A DNA stretch of 64,000 nucleotides from Phoronis australis (Eukaryota; Animalia; Phoronida), in the NCBI GenBank assembly GCA_002633005.1, contig NMRA01000511.1:66147-130146 (forward strand), given 5' to 3'. Shown here piece by piece: positions 23,020 to 36,211 of this stretch; within the stretch, counting starts at the first letter, position 1, and each line of letters opens with the position of its first letter. A program made the translations under genes and the position numbers. Under the pieces are notes generated by a model. The model did not search any database. It saw nothing but the letters and a program-made list of their open reading frames with translations, and was not told where the DNA came from.

Positions 23020-23862
23020 CAATTGTTCCATCAAAATTGGAATCCTAGCGTGAAACAAATATCCCGGAGTCTAAACAGCTAACCAGCCCGAAAAACAAAC
23101 CCGGCTTTTAAAACGCGAACCCCAGTGATCAAATAGGGAACCTTGACAATTTTTCAAATTTTCTAAGACAACGTCAATAGCCTCAAACTGAGCATTTTCT
23201 AGTACTTTCCATTTGTTTTCTGAATTTGTTAAAGATTAGCATTAATAAAACGTAACTTACGTTATGTTGAATTGTTGCTTAAACTCGTGCAATTTGTGGT
23301 CACCAACTCTTCTGTTCTTGTCTTCAAGAAGAGTTACTTCAACTTCTCAATGATCACTAAATTTGGAATCGGAATTTCTGAACTCCACGCATTCACATGC
23401 TTTTTTGGTAGATAATCCCTCAGAATTCTGTGACCATTGTGGCATCCACCACTCAAGCACATGCCATTTTTCATTGTGCACCCTGTCTAGTACACTGTAC
23501 ACATCCTCGATTTAAGAATGAACACTTTTTGCTACAGATCAGTCCTAAGTTGTTTAAAACAACATATCACATCAACTATTTAAAATAGGAAGATTTATTG
23601 TTTCATCAAAATGTGAAATTGATACAAGTCGTATGAACACAGAGTGCTAATAAAGGCACTATTTTCTTGCGATAAACAATGTTGGAAAGCAAGTACAGGA
23701 GTGGTGTTTCGGTCCGGGGTGTCCTGTCTGATCCCCAGGGTTTCTGTTTTAGAGGTCGGGGTTTGTGTTTTTCGGGCTGGTAAGCTGTTTTGAAGGTGCG
23801 GTAGTACGTTTTTGACTCTGGCCTATCTGCTTAACACCGTAATACCAGTTTTGATGGAACAT
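23020..23862. mobile_element. Decayed TIR DNA-transposon-like element in intron 1
   Basis: 23024-23125 (tgttccatcaaaa...aaacagctaaccagcccgaaaaac) is the imperfect reverse complement of 23730-23862. Confidence 0.55.
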
Positions 23863-24845
23863 CTTGCTTGAAACGAATACCTCGGAACTCANTGCCTTGC
23901 CTAGACGTCATCTTGAGTCATTGAGCATTCAGTGCCATAAGTTGATGTCAACAGTTAAACTAATGACCTAGTTTGTACTTGAATGCCACTGGTTGATTTA
24001 GAAATGAGACTGAACCCCGAGATCTTAATGTGGAGGATGCAGATGTCGAACTCGCCAATTTCACTCATACCTTCCACCCCTACATATTTCTAGATCACGT
24101 AATTCCCACTCTCATACCTTTGAGAGATCATACATTCGCACTGCGTACTATGCTAACTCTTTCTTCCCATCTACCATTCACAATTCATCATCTCGTCAGA
24201 AACAATAGAGATGTTCTCAGGTCACATCTTGAGCATCAATCTTACACAGTAAACAATAAAACCTGTTTTTATCCAGGCTCTGTTGTTATTTCCACAGTCA
24301 TGCACAGTTCAGTTTATTATTAACATGCGCCAAAATGTAAGGATCGATATTACAATTGTAAATGGAAAGAAGAAGCAAATTCTTGTGCAGAAAACGTGAA
24401 ACGAACAGAGGATGATCAATTTAAACTCCAGGTATGTTTTTGAACTATTGTGAACGTCACACATTTCACAAAATTTCTTTGACAACCGCCGCTTGCAAAA
24501 ACTGCAAGCAAAGCCAGCACTTTTGCAATGTTGTGTGATTACATAACCTCGGTAATTACAATAGTGTACTGCTTATGCAAGTACAAAATAATGTCAAAAG
24601 GTGTCGAATATGGGTACATTAAAGTATTCATGCTGTTTCTGGCACACTGTTTTTCACATTTTATTCTATCAATAATGAAGTCCCAGGCCAGGGTTAGTGG
24701 CCTCGCCCTCGCTCGCCTGTGCTTTGTTTGCCAAGGTTTTCTCGCAAGAATGAATTTTTATTTTCCGCTACGATACAAATATCCACATAGTTTGTACTTT
24801 AGATTAGGCACTTAGAATGACATTTTCAGAAAATAGTTTACTCAC

Positions 24846-24920
24846 CTGCGAAGAATGAAAGGGCACGAAACGTGGTTAACATTCACCTTCTTGAAACATA
24901 AAGAATAAAATGGCGGCCCT
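24846..24920 (-). promoter_or_regulatory. Probable non-coding exon 1 / TSS region of the variable zinc-finger gene
   Basis: Consensus donor CAG|GTGAGT at 24846/24845; YY1-type motif GCCGCCATTTT at 24907-24917, commonly found just downstream of a TSS; 5' end approximate. Confidence 0.55.
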
Positions 24921-27789
24921 TCCCAGAGTTCATTGCGCGGCGTCTCTAAAAAGAAGTTTTAATAATTATCCAGTTTGTATACAACAAAGTTACTCCTTGA
25001 TATCAATGTAGTAAACATTTAACATTAATATGCTTTTGATTTTCACTGATCTAGACATTTTCCAGTTTGTAACTATCACGGCACCACAGAACAGGTGAAG
25101 TCACAATCAATTTAAATAGACCTGTAGCGATGAAGTGGTTCTCGAGAGACAAAATCATCTACATATGACCGACGCTCATCGGACTGAAAAAATGTCGATT
25201 TTCCCGCCGTTGAACTTTTGCTAGTTTGGCATTTAGTAACACGACCTGACATTAAAATATATGTTGTAAATGGCGTCATACTAGACAATAGGCATTTTCA
25301 AGTGCAGCCAGAGGTGTGACTTGATTAGAACGGCAATTTTGAATTTATTTAGAGACAAAACTCCTATTTTACTCAGGCTGGCCATCCTTTTGAAATGGCG
25401 GCTTATTGGTGAAGTGCAGGGGCTGTAATCAGGATTTTAAAACTGACTTGTATCTGAAGAGATCAAAGGATTTTTGAGCTAAGATGAAAACGACTGAAGT
25501 CGGAGACCGCTAAATATGTTGCTCATGAAAAACACGATGTTCAGCCTCAGTAACAGGCTAAAAACTGGTCATGTGAAAGATTCCTGGATCCCTCTCAGTG
25601 TTCAGCTCTATTAATGGTCTCTTCAAGTTCACCAGTGTTTATATACCAGGACACTGTGGCATCTCAGTCAACGTCAAGGCGGATGAGCTTGCAGGCATCG
25701 CAGAACCGATTGCCAACCTGCTCCTCACACCACGGCAGCAGATGTAATCTCCAGAGTGCGTGAATCGCTTGCAGATGCCAAGATTGTACGACAGCAGGAG
25801 AGATGGGCAACAAAGCGCCTCATAGAGCGAGGATGGCAATACGGAGATGCAGCAAAAACTCGTATCAGGGGAAAAGCGGTCGAAGAGTGTGTAACCAGCA
25901 CGAGCTTGTTTGCATCTCCAAATTTACATTGCGTGCGATCACTGGAAGGAGGAGGGCCAGAGACTATCCCGATGCCTACCCTCTGACGTCAGTCACCACA
26001 GAAACAGAAACAGAAACATTGAAATATAATAACACAAATTTGAAAGTAAAACGTGTGATAGTGTGGACTTGAAATACGGGTAGTATAGTGAGATTTAATA
26101 TGGAATGACGGAATTACTTTTCTTTTTTCAACGCGGGTTAAATACGGTTGCCTTATTTCTCGCCAAAATTCCCACCTAAGGACACAATACACTACAACTA
26201 GTAGAAACATGATTATATATATAGCATCAGTTTGGGTTCAGCTCCGTGAGCAATATTTTCTGATGCCAATACTATGATACGAGTACTGGAAACTAAACGA
26301 TAAAGTGAAATAAAAATATTGTTGTCAATGGTTCTTAATAGATCTGAAATTTTGTTCCCGATTAGAACACTTGAATCACAAAAAGTCTCTAACTTGCTAC
26401 AATATATTTGGGATTAGGAAAGCAATATACATGTACATTACAAATGCATGCCTCCTTTTGGTCACCGGTTGCACTACACCAGTTGATATTCTTTACGGTC
26501 AAATACGAGTCAATTTTTAAATTCGTTCTCAAAACATTCAAAATACGCCGAGCCCAAAAGCAAAACCGCAAGTTCTTTAAACACTGTACTTTTGTCAATT
26601 TACGATAAACTTCGGAATACTTTCTACCTAAAAATAATAAGAACGTACCGCGCGCAAGGAGCATTTGTAAAAAGCGTCTGAACGTGCATCAGCCACAACC
26701 GTTTGGACCGTGGTCCTGCACAGATATTACTCAACGAAGTCAAGAAAAATCGTCAGAACAGGAAGCAAACTTTAACTAAGAAATAAGATTTAGCTCAAAC
26801 TCTGACGAAAATAACGAAAATAGCAGATATGCACCCCAAGCCTGTAGCTGCTGTAAAATACAACTTGAACTGTCGTCTCATGCAGGCAGCAAAAAAAAAC
26901 TCCATTCATGAAAATAGGCCTATTGCTTCGCCCTCGTTCAAATACTTTTGCACATCACGAATCTTGATATAATAACCACTGGTACAAACACGTACGTTGT
27001 ATAACCTATATTTAAAAATAATGGTGTAATTTCTGTTCAACAGCCAAAAACATTAAAATAAGAGATATTCATAATCCAGAAACACACATTTACTTGCGAT
27101 GACGTAAGATTGAAAATCAGTAACCGCAAAATATATATATAAATACTAAAGCCGAGGTCAAAACAATTAAGTCTAAGAACTGTCGGACATCGTACAACAA
27201 AACTAGTCAGTGGATTTTCGTCAACCCATGAAAATTACATTACGTCAGTGGCGCTTTGATTGTTTAGGCAGTTGTAAATAATTAAACGTTTCTCAGTCGT
27301 AATTTTCAAAGTAGACTTCGAGTTCTGATTGGCGTAAATGCGTGGTTATCATTCCTTACAATGTGTTGCAGCCCAGTATCATGGCGGGCATTTATTTGGT
27401 GTTACAACTTCTGGTGCCAAGTGTCCAGATGGTGGGGAGTTTATTCAGAAAATTTCCTCTTAAAAGTCCACTTTTAGCCACAAATACTCTTTTGAGAAGC
27501 ATTTATCGTGTATAAAAATGAGAAGTGTTTGCATTGGCGTAGCCAAAACTATGACTTTCCGAAGAAAACCATTTAAAGACTATTAAGGAAAGATACATAC
27601 GAGTACGGTCTAAACTTCATGCATAAACCTACGTGTCGTAGTACTCTATCTGGGCCGCGGTCGAGGATCTGGCATCACTCGCTTTAGAACGGAAGCAGTT
27701 TGTTCGATATTTATAAAATTTGCAAATATACTTATAAGGTGGTGAGTCCTTCATTGTAACACTGCTGTTGTGTGTAGTCGAAAAAAATA

Positions 27790-27979
27790 CTTCGAAATGG
27801 GCCGAAAAAAGTGTGGCATCCGACTGAATCGCATGTTCCACGCTGACATCCCACACTCTCATGCAGCGCACAAACCGATGCCATTTCTGTGCAGCTTTCG
27901 CATAATTACAAAATTTGAACACAGATACGTTCTTAGTCAAGTTGTTGTTACCACAGTCTCCACAAACCCACCTGTTCAT
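27790..27979 (-). pseudogene. Degenerate THAP domain (P/Harbinger-type transposon remnant)
   Basis: MNRWVCGDCGN..VSVFKFC..QKWHRFV..LFSAHFE follows the THAP pattern Cx2-4C..FP..W..CxxHF with two Cys ligands and the Pro substituted. Confidence 0.65.
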
Positions 27980-30900
27980 GTCTGAAAGAAGTCGGCTCTC
28001 CACGGGCTTTCCTCACAACTCCGCACTGGTAAAAACAACGGCAGAGACCGTCTTCCATCCGTTGCTTACAAACCCGATAACATAAAAAAAATACATTTTT
28101 TTAATTTTTGTTTTTTTTTTCTTAGGAACAGATGTACTAAAGGCTGTCAAATCTCTCAAGATACGTTAATAGAATTTCTTTTGAGACACAGGGTCATAGT
28201 GGTCCTTTTGCGACATATCGCGTTACTGAAAAAATGGAAATGTCACAGTCGGAAAACTGATTTCGAACTTCCGCGTTAGGTCACGACTTCGACATGCGTC
28301 ACTCCCCATCTCACCGTGGTTGAAAACTTGCCAGCTCGTTGAAAACAAAGTGGGTAAGGGGGTCATTTTCCACGGCTCTCTATTACTGCTAAATCAGGGC
28401 GTTTCCAGATGGTCCTGGCTGTTCTCAAGATCATCGTGTAATAGATAAACATGTAACGTTGGACATGCTCTTCCGTGTGTGTTTTTTCGGGTTTAAATTT
28501 CAATTTGCCTGTCCGTAGGACAACTGCGCACGCTCCGTTACTTTTGAAAACGCTTGTTTCAATCATTCTGATATTTTTGCTGGTGCACTCGTCACTATCA
28601 GATGGGACCGCAAGAAAATAAATAAGCTGTATTTAAAATACATGTATAATTAGAAAGATGCCCAGAAGCGACTTCCAGTAACCGTATGTATTATTCTCCT
28701 TCAATCAAGAGTTTCCAGGATAAACGGCAGTTTTTGTATAAATGGCGCAGGCTTGCATCCAGAGGAGGGGTTGGAGGAGGTGGAATCTCTTGCTCAGCTA
28801 ATTTCGTATTTTTATTGATGGAAGAAACAAACCGGCATCTGGTCCTTACTATTCCTTACTGTTGCCATGTTGATGATTGGTTTCCACAAAATAATTTCAA
28901 TCAATCAATCGATCAGCTTTATTTATGATTTTCGTTCAAGGAAATCGCCACGACTGGCACGTATTTGTTTTTGAGTGTTTCATGAATCAGTTTCGCGCAG
29001 TAAGCGATCACGTGATGCCTATGGCGTCGGTTCCTAATAAACACGTGACGAGTAGGCAGAGGAGGTAGTCCCTTCACCTGCGGTACCTGAAAACATAAAA
29101 TCGACGCTTAAAGTGATGATAATTTTAAAGTGATTTTTGTAGGGTATGACGTCCATATACAAGACCAAGTATAAGCTCGATATAGATGCACCTTTATTTG
29201 AGCCCAAAGACCATGGGTGGTGCAGCACTGAACAAAATGGCAGTATAGCCCCCAGCCCCCTATGGTGCACCGCCTATGATATTACTACAGAGAGAACTAC
29301 TTCATACACAGAGGGTGTTGTTACCACGGTGGATAATGATAGGATACTACCACAAATTTCTCAAAACAACATATATAAAATGGAGTTCAAGGTACCGCGT
29401 GTGCATTACATCTAACAGAAATTGTAAACGTGTTATAAACCCCTACTTTGTAAGAATAATTATTAAGGAATGTAGGTCACCCTTTTGGTCATTTTACGAT
29501 ACCAGTTGTCAACCAAATTGGTCTGATTTTTTTACTAATAATAGAAAATCGATGATTTCCTTTGAGGAGTTATCCATATTTTTATTTGTCAACAAAATGC
29601 CCCAATCATAGAAATACTTGTCAAAGCAATGATTAAAATACAGACAGGCCAACAAACTTATTCTTTTCTGAATGCTCGAATAAGCTATAAATGGAATACT
29701 TTTTCTTCGCTGTTGCATGCAGCCAACTTTGTAGCGGTAAACTGGTCGAAATTAAACTTCCGTTTTGTAGCCGCTTTTCAATGACATCTAGCGCAATGTT
29801 ACTGTAACGTATGCGCACGCATGAGGCTGAAGGCATCTACATTTGTGTATATGTACGTACATTTTTACAAGAAGCTGTGCCTATATCCAGACATAAGTGC
29901 ATCAGCCTATATGCTAAACGTTTGAGTAAAATCGAGGTACAGTTTTTAAAACAAGCTTTAATTAAAATCAAAATTAACTTCTGCGTTGAAAACGAGTGCA
30001 GATGTTGAAAGGAACCTAACTCGCCATGTTTCAGAAGAATAAACAGTACTAAAACGTACAAAAGCACCCGGTGTAAGACCTACACGTTAACAACACACTG
30101 TGTCCAAGTGGGCCTACTACGAGGCGTACACAGTCAAAGTGTGATGAAACTGACTTGTTTAAAATAATGCAGAAACATTCAGACATTTCTAAGGTTGCCC
30201 AAAGACGACATCGCGCTTTTCTTTTTTAATTATCTCAGGATCTCGAGATCCCGGGATGAACAGGAGGGCCCACAACGCGGGGGCCCGTGGCAGTTAAGGG
30301 GGCCTGTCGGTGAAGGAAAAAACACAAAAAAAACGGCAAAACAAAAAACAAAAGTTCCAAAGGTTTGGGCCGGTCGGCCTCAGTTGGAGAAGGATAATAA
30401 CACAGAAACCCACGAGGGGCCTTCAAAATTTGACAGCAATGACAACTTTTACGTTTAGAACTTCCATCTGTCAACAGTCCAGATAACATGAACTTAGATT
30501 TATCACTCCACAACAGATTTACGTGTCTGATGGGAAAATTCTAAAGATACTTTTCCGCTTAAAACTGCAGTACTACTAGTTTTGGTGGCTGAAAAAATAG
30601 AGCTCTTACTGCTATAAATTTTCCAACAATTATTCAGACATCGATGATGTGATTGATTTCATTGACTGACAAATATCGATGTCAGTGGCCGGTTGCATGA
30701 AACAATCCCAAATAGGGACTCAACTAAATATTTTTGAGTATTTGTGTCTTTATGGACGCACAGATGCAATATTTTTCTATCATTTCTTTTTTATTATGAA
30801 CTCCTCTTAGATTAATGACATCTTATAATAATAATAATACTAAAAATTGAGCCCGGATTTCATTGAAATAAATAGGGTGTTGCATGAAAAGAGCGATAAT

Positions 30901-33376
30901 TGTTTTCGATAATATTGACAATTCAAAGTAGAATATACTCTCGATTTGTGTCAAAGTCAAAAGTTGACTTGACTTAATGATGAAGATAAAATAATACAAG
31001 AAAGGGCAATCGATGAATTCATAAGTTCAAAAATACGCAGTAGATTTAGGTAACTTTGTTGAGTCCCTATGGGCGGCGCATCAATGAAAAAGTGGGGGAC
31101 TAAAACCCCTCAGCGACCTGTGGTAAACCGCCCATAAACCATGGGTGGCGCAACACTAAAAAAGAGGGGCTATAGCCCCCTATGGTGCGCCGCCCATGCC
31201 TGCGCGAGATTCGCAACAAAGTACATAAGAATGTAGTCGTTGCTTTACATTACGATGTAATTTGGAAGATTACCGTTTTGATTGCTATCGATACGTACTT
31301 CTGTCGTCATCCGATTCCGAATACGAGTCGTAAAATCGGTAGCTTCTAAACACTGCAAATAAATGAAACCCGATGATTTACTCGATGGATGAACACAGAC
31401 AAACGAAAGTCTGTAGACCCACTTGCGTTTATTGTAGGATTGCTAAGGCTTGAAATTTAGAAAACGATATTAGAAGAACGACCTGTTTACATTTGAAACT
31501 CTTTTTTGCGTTCACCTAGCTCTAAGTCAAGGATAGACAACTACCTGTTTAACGTCTTACACACTTATTCAACAATGATACACACTTATTCAACAATGAC
31601 TTTCAAAATAGGCTTGGCACTTGTCATGTGCAAAATACGAAAAATGAAAGATTATCTCATCAAAGATCAAAAGTAGACAATCGGAAGAAGCAGCTGCGTC
31701 CCAGTGTGTCGGCATAAAATGAGCTTCAAAGTATTGGCGGGATATACAGATACACATCCTGTTGTTCAAAGGTTGTAGAATTGTTTCAGTACATTGGACC
31801 TTGGCGCGTGAAGTTGTAACAAAAAGCGGCAATAAACAAGCATTCAACCGAGGAAGCTAACTTTGTACTTACACAATTCGTTACGCTAAATATGGGTCTT
31901 AACTTGGTTCTTACTTAGATAAGAACTTATTTTTGGTCTTGCTGACTGTTCGCCATTGTTCGAGACCATGATCGATAAAAAAGACGGCGTGGCAAGTCAA
32001 CTTACTAAATCAATGTTTCAAGTAACAATGAGCTGTCAGTTCTTTGTGAGACCGGAAATGACACCTATTTTGACAAAGGAACAATCTGAGACGAGTTTGA
32101 TAACAATAAGCGGTCTTTGTCACAAATGTTTAGTTTATTATATTTTAAATAGATTAAATAAGCTTTTGTACCACAAGATGGCGCTCGAGAGTTTTTAGTG
32201 GTTTTGGACATGGACGACAGGTTCACTCGGCACCGACAATCCAAACTTTGTAGATTGCAACATGGAAATATGAAGAATATGTTTTGACAGAAACTCTGTT
32301 GACGTCAAAACGAATTGATTTCTAAGTGAAAGTCACATCTGTTACCAAAGGTAAGACTGACCGCTGCAAATACACAAACGTGGAAATTTCCGTTAACCAC
32401 GATACATAAGCGGAAACGACAGCCATTACCGAGAGGCGTGCTCGTACACTACACTTCTCAAAATGGGTGGTCATTCCCGAGTTCCATCCCAGTAGCAGCC
32501 ATAACGGGTGGGCACATATACATTATAATCAATTGCTGCATTACCCAAATATTTAGTGCGCACGTTTTAAAAATCGTCAAATAATCAGTGGAAGCGTCTC
32601 ACATCCGTGATTGCATGGCCACGTCCATCTGGAATACCTCGGGTATTTCCGTAACGTCAGTTTCAACCTAGGAGGTGTTTCATGTCTGTGCAGGGTGCAA
32701 ACTTTAACCAAACAGCAAATAGACCAAGAAACGGTCAAAAGCCATGACTTAGAGTACGACGTCTTTCTCAACCGCCCCGATCGCCTCCTTAAACGTAAAT
32801 ATTGTTAATTTTTGTTATTTTTGAGGGGGGATTAAAGCTGAAGCCTTCTAAAAACCTTCCTTCAATCACCACTTGCCCTTAGGAGATTAGTCTCAAGTTG
32901 TTCTTTTCTCAAACTGGAAGTAATGTTATCGTTCCAAAACACTAACCAGGTTCCGCAGACCGGCTCACTCATGGCCTTGTCATTGAATGCTTCTAATCAT
33001 TTCTTGAGTCCACTGCCAGTTCGCTATGATAGCGAACTGGCAGTTATTTGTACATCCATAACGCACTTCTAACTTGAATAAGGAACAAGGTGGGGCCACT
33101 TCAATAGCGGAAAGTGTTCTAAATTACAGATTCGGAGACAACGAGATAAATGTAGCTCACGGTTTGGAGCTTCCTTAACGGAACCCGTGTTTATGTTACG
33201 TCAGCCATTTTGTAAGTCACGTGACTTGCTGAGAGGAGTAGAGTTAGAACATATGCAGATATGAAACACTTCCGAGGGGGATTTTAGGTTACGAACATAC
33301 AAGAGAAGTTCCGGATGGGTCTTGTCTGGTTTCTTCAAGCTCGCGAGAAACTAACGGAAATGTCCGCAGTTCCCAT

Positions 33377-34042
33377 AAGGTGGCACTGAACAGTTAGACT
33401 GCGGCCGCGGCCAATTTGCACTCCCCAAAATATTAAAATCTAGGGGTACGCCAGGCTTGGGGGCATTTTTTAGTTAGGTATTGTATGTAGGCAAAGTGAA
33501 TTTGGTTTGTTTGTATTTGTGAACATGCTGAGAATTAAAAAAAGGCCACTTTCTTGGCTGTAGTTGCACTCTTCTTCAAGATGGTGGCCCCCTGTTGCAG
33601 TTGTGCATTGCTGTGTATCAACTGAGAAATTGGCCGCGATTTCAGGTAGTCCTCTAACAAGCCAGATTTGCAAAAAAACTAGTTGGTTGACAATACTTTT
33701 GGACCACATTTTTGGAATTGGTAGGAAATTTGCTTTCGGAATCTAATGTTGGCTTTAGTCGATCATCGGCAGAGAAGTGGTGGTTTTGGGGTGAAATGTG
33801 CCGATTTTGTATTTTTTGTCCTTATTTTTCTTAGTCTAGCTTGGTTTCCACTGGGAGTGAAAGGGTCAAAAATACAAGAGAGAACAAAGATTTTGTGCTC
33901 ATCTGTAGGGATTGTGATGTGAAATGACTCAAAACGTTTCTTTATTTGCATGCAGTTTTTGACAGAGTGAAGAAAGGGTGAAGAGTACATTGACGTGTGT
34001 TCTGATAGGCAAATCCCTGTGTGAACTGTTCAGTCCCTCCTA
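33377..34042. mobile_element. Non-autonomous TIR element
   Basis: Ends taaggtggcactgaacagtt / aactgttcagtccctcctaa are imperfect inverted repeats; the interior is similar to about 56335-56850. Confidence 0.6.
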
Positions 34043-34280
34043 AGCCATTTTACGGATAAACGAAAACAGGCGCGTACGCATCCCATGATAGATATTTTAA
34101 TGATATGGTTACTTTTCACCATCTGTTTCAGGATAATGGGAAAGTTTGGCGTTTCATCTTTTAATCAGATGCAGCTGTGACACCTCTCTCATATCGAGGT
34201 CAAACCTTCCCACATAGCGGTCCCAACGCCACATCGGCCCCCGGATTAACAGAAATGACTGTCAAAATGAACACAATTAC

Positions 34281-34469
34281 CTTCGGGGACTGGTCCAAAG
34301 ATCCAACACATCGAAGACAAGATGAAGAAGAAGAGAAGAGCGGAAGAAATTGCTATGGACAAAATCTGAATGTCGGAACCATCAAAGACTTTCACTTCTA
34401 CTTTCACGCTTTCCACTGGAAACAACGAGTCAAACATGGCAGCTATAGGGTTCACTTTCAGAACGAGCT
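34281..34469 (-). CDS. Exon with transmembrane segment of an EGF-domain membrane protein
   Basis: Acceptor atttttag| phase 1; ...ILSIAISSALLFFFILSSMCWIFGPVPE; donor G|GTAATT. Confidence 0.6.
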
Positions 34470-34691
34470 CTAAAAATCCTGACCGTGCATTGCGAATACT
34501 AGGCACATACATGTATGCATGTAAAATTGAATCGAGCAGCGTTTTTCTAAAATAAACCAAGGAATTGTTAGACGCTACCTGTTCAATTTGCTTAAAAATG
34601 ACCTGGTTTATTGTATTGTTCTTAGGTCAACATTTATAAGAAATGACAATATGATAATCATATGATAATTATAAGACTGTCAAACAGTTAC

Positions 34692-34782
34692 CAGATTCCT
34701 GAAGCGTGAGCACATCCGCTAATTGCGTCTTAATGTCGCATAATTTTCCTTCATACCCGTCGGGGCACCAACATGAAAAACT
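34692..34782 (-). CDS. EGF-like domain second-half exon
   Basis: ttctcactgcag|SFSCWCPDGYEGKLCDIKTQLADVLTLQES G|gtaact; phase 0 in matches the 36097 donor. Confidence 0.75.
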
Positions 34783-36096
34783 CTGCAGTGAGAAATTAAA
34801 ACGGTTAAAATAACAATTTGACAGAACGAACGAAAAAGACGTGCTTACAGAATGCATACATGTACCATAGACGCCGAATGACGTACGGCGCTGCTGATGC
34901 TTGTGATATGCATTGTAAGACAGTTTTCGGTTCATAAACATCCGGTGACATCGTTTAAGTAACTTGCATATCCCGAATCTTGATATAATAGCCCACAACG
35001 TATTTGTTTCGTTCTTTATTCACAAATGTAATATTTTTCTATCATTCTATCTTTGTAATGAGCTTGTCTTTGACTAATAGAGTTTTCTAATAGTATAAGT
35101 AAATACTAAGCTCTTAATTATGTCAAAATAATTAGGGACTTAGTTCTTAAATTAGGGGCGGGGCATCAAAATATCCCAACTTATTTTCAATAGTGAGTTC
35201 AACGTACATGTATATTTAGAATTCACTTTCGTTGTCTTAGTAATGGTACTAAAATTGCGCAAGAATAGACAATCGGTTTTCTCACAAGCCCGAGACAAAT
35301 ACGCAGTAGATTTAAGGAACTCGGTTGAGACCCTATTTGGAACTGTTTCATGCAAGCGAGCACACTCTCCCTCAGACGGAATCCACACAATTTTCATGAG
35401 AATTAGCGTACATGTATGCGCAAAAGCAAAATCGATGTTCAAAGCTGTAAAGAGCGCCAAGAATCAGATGGCCTGGAAGTGGCCGATAAAGCTTTACCTT
35501 ATGTGATTCAAATCAATTAAAGTCGTCCTAAACAACTTCCACATTTAGCAGTTACACAGATGCATTTAAAGTAACGTTACATATAATGAAAAACTCAAAA
35601 TACGCAATATTGTCCAAAATGTGAATATTACAGTTATGAAGAAGAAAAAATCAAGAAAACAGTCATCTTAAGTTTGCCAACCAAGTGCATTTACTCGGCG
35701 ATTATAGTCCAGCTACAGGTGTTGTAACCTAGCACTTTCCAAAAACCAGACTACTTCCATGTACCACATGAATCTGAACTTTGCCACCGTAATTGAAACA
35801 CAAGTTTCCCGCATGGACTTATAATACGGAAAAGATGTTTAATTTTACCAAGAGGCCTGAACTACTGGTACAGGTACAGTATGCACGTTCAGTCTCCAGG
35901 GTAAGTGTTGTTGGGGAGTACTTAAACATGTCAGAAACTAGGTATTCAGTATTCCTGCAGTGCGTGGTAAGTGTTCGTGGACAGCGGAAAGGATCGCCAC
36001 CTCGTGGTAAGTGTCCCGTTCCACGTGTTCTGCAGCCTGTAGCAAGGGATCAATTGGTTACCCTAAGGTTCACCTATGGTACAGTGTTGTACGTAC

Positions 36097-36211
36097 CTTA
36101 AACCAATCCGTGCACAGTGCCTGGTGCTTGCACGGTGACGATTTGCACTCATCGATGTCCACTTCACATCGTGGTCCCTCGTATCCCGTAGCAGTGCAGT
36201 CACATGTAAAC
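36097..36211 (-). CDS. Calcium-binding EGF exon
   Basis: Hand translation [38 protein letters not shown] with the DIDEC motif; acceptor ctgcag|, donor AAG|GTACGT; not in the ORF track. Confidence 0.8.

Noticed and set aside
18772-24920. Calling the gene lola, broad, fruitless or mod(mdg4)
   Set aside because: No BTB-like sequence found, and an in-frame stop precedes the start codon; only the architecture is similar
25639-26072. Slightly GC-rich cluster of short ORFs near the candidate promoter
   Set aside because: No recognisable domain or consistent splice signals
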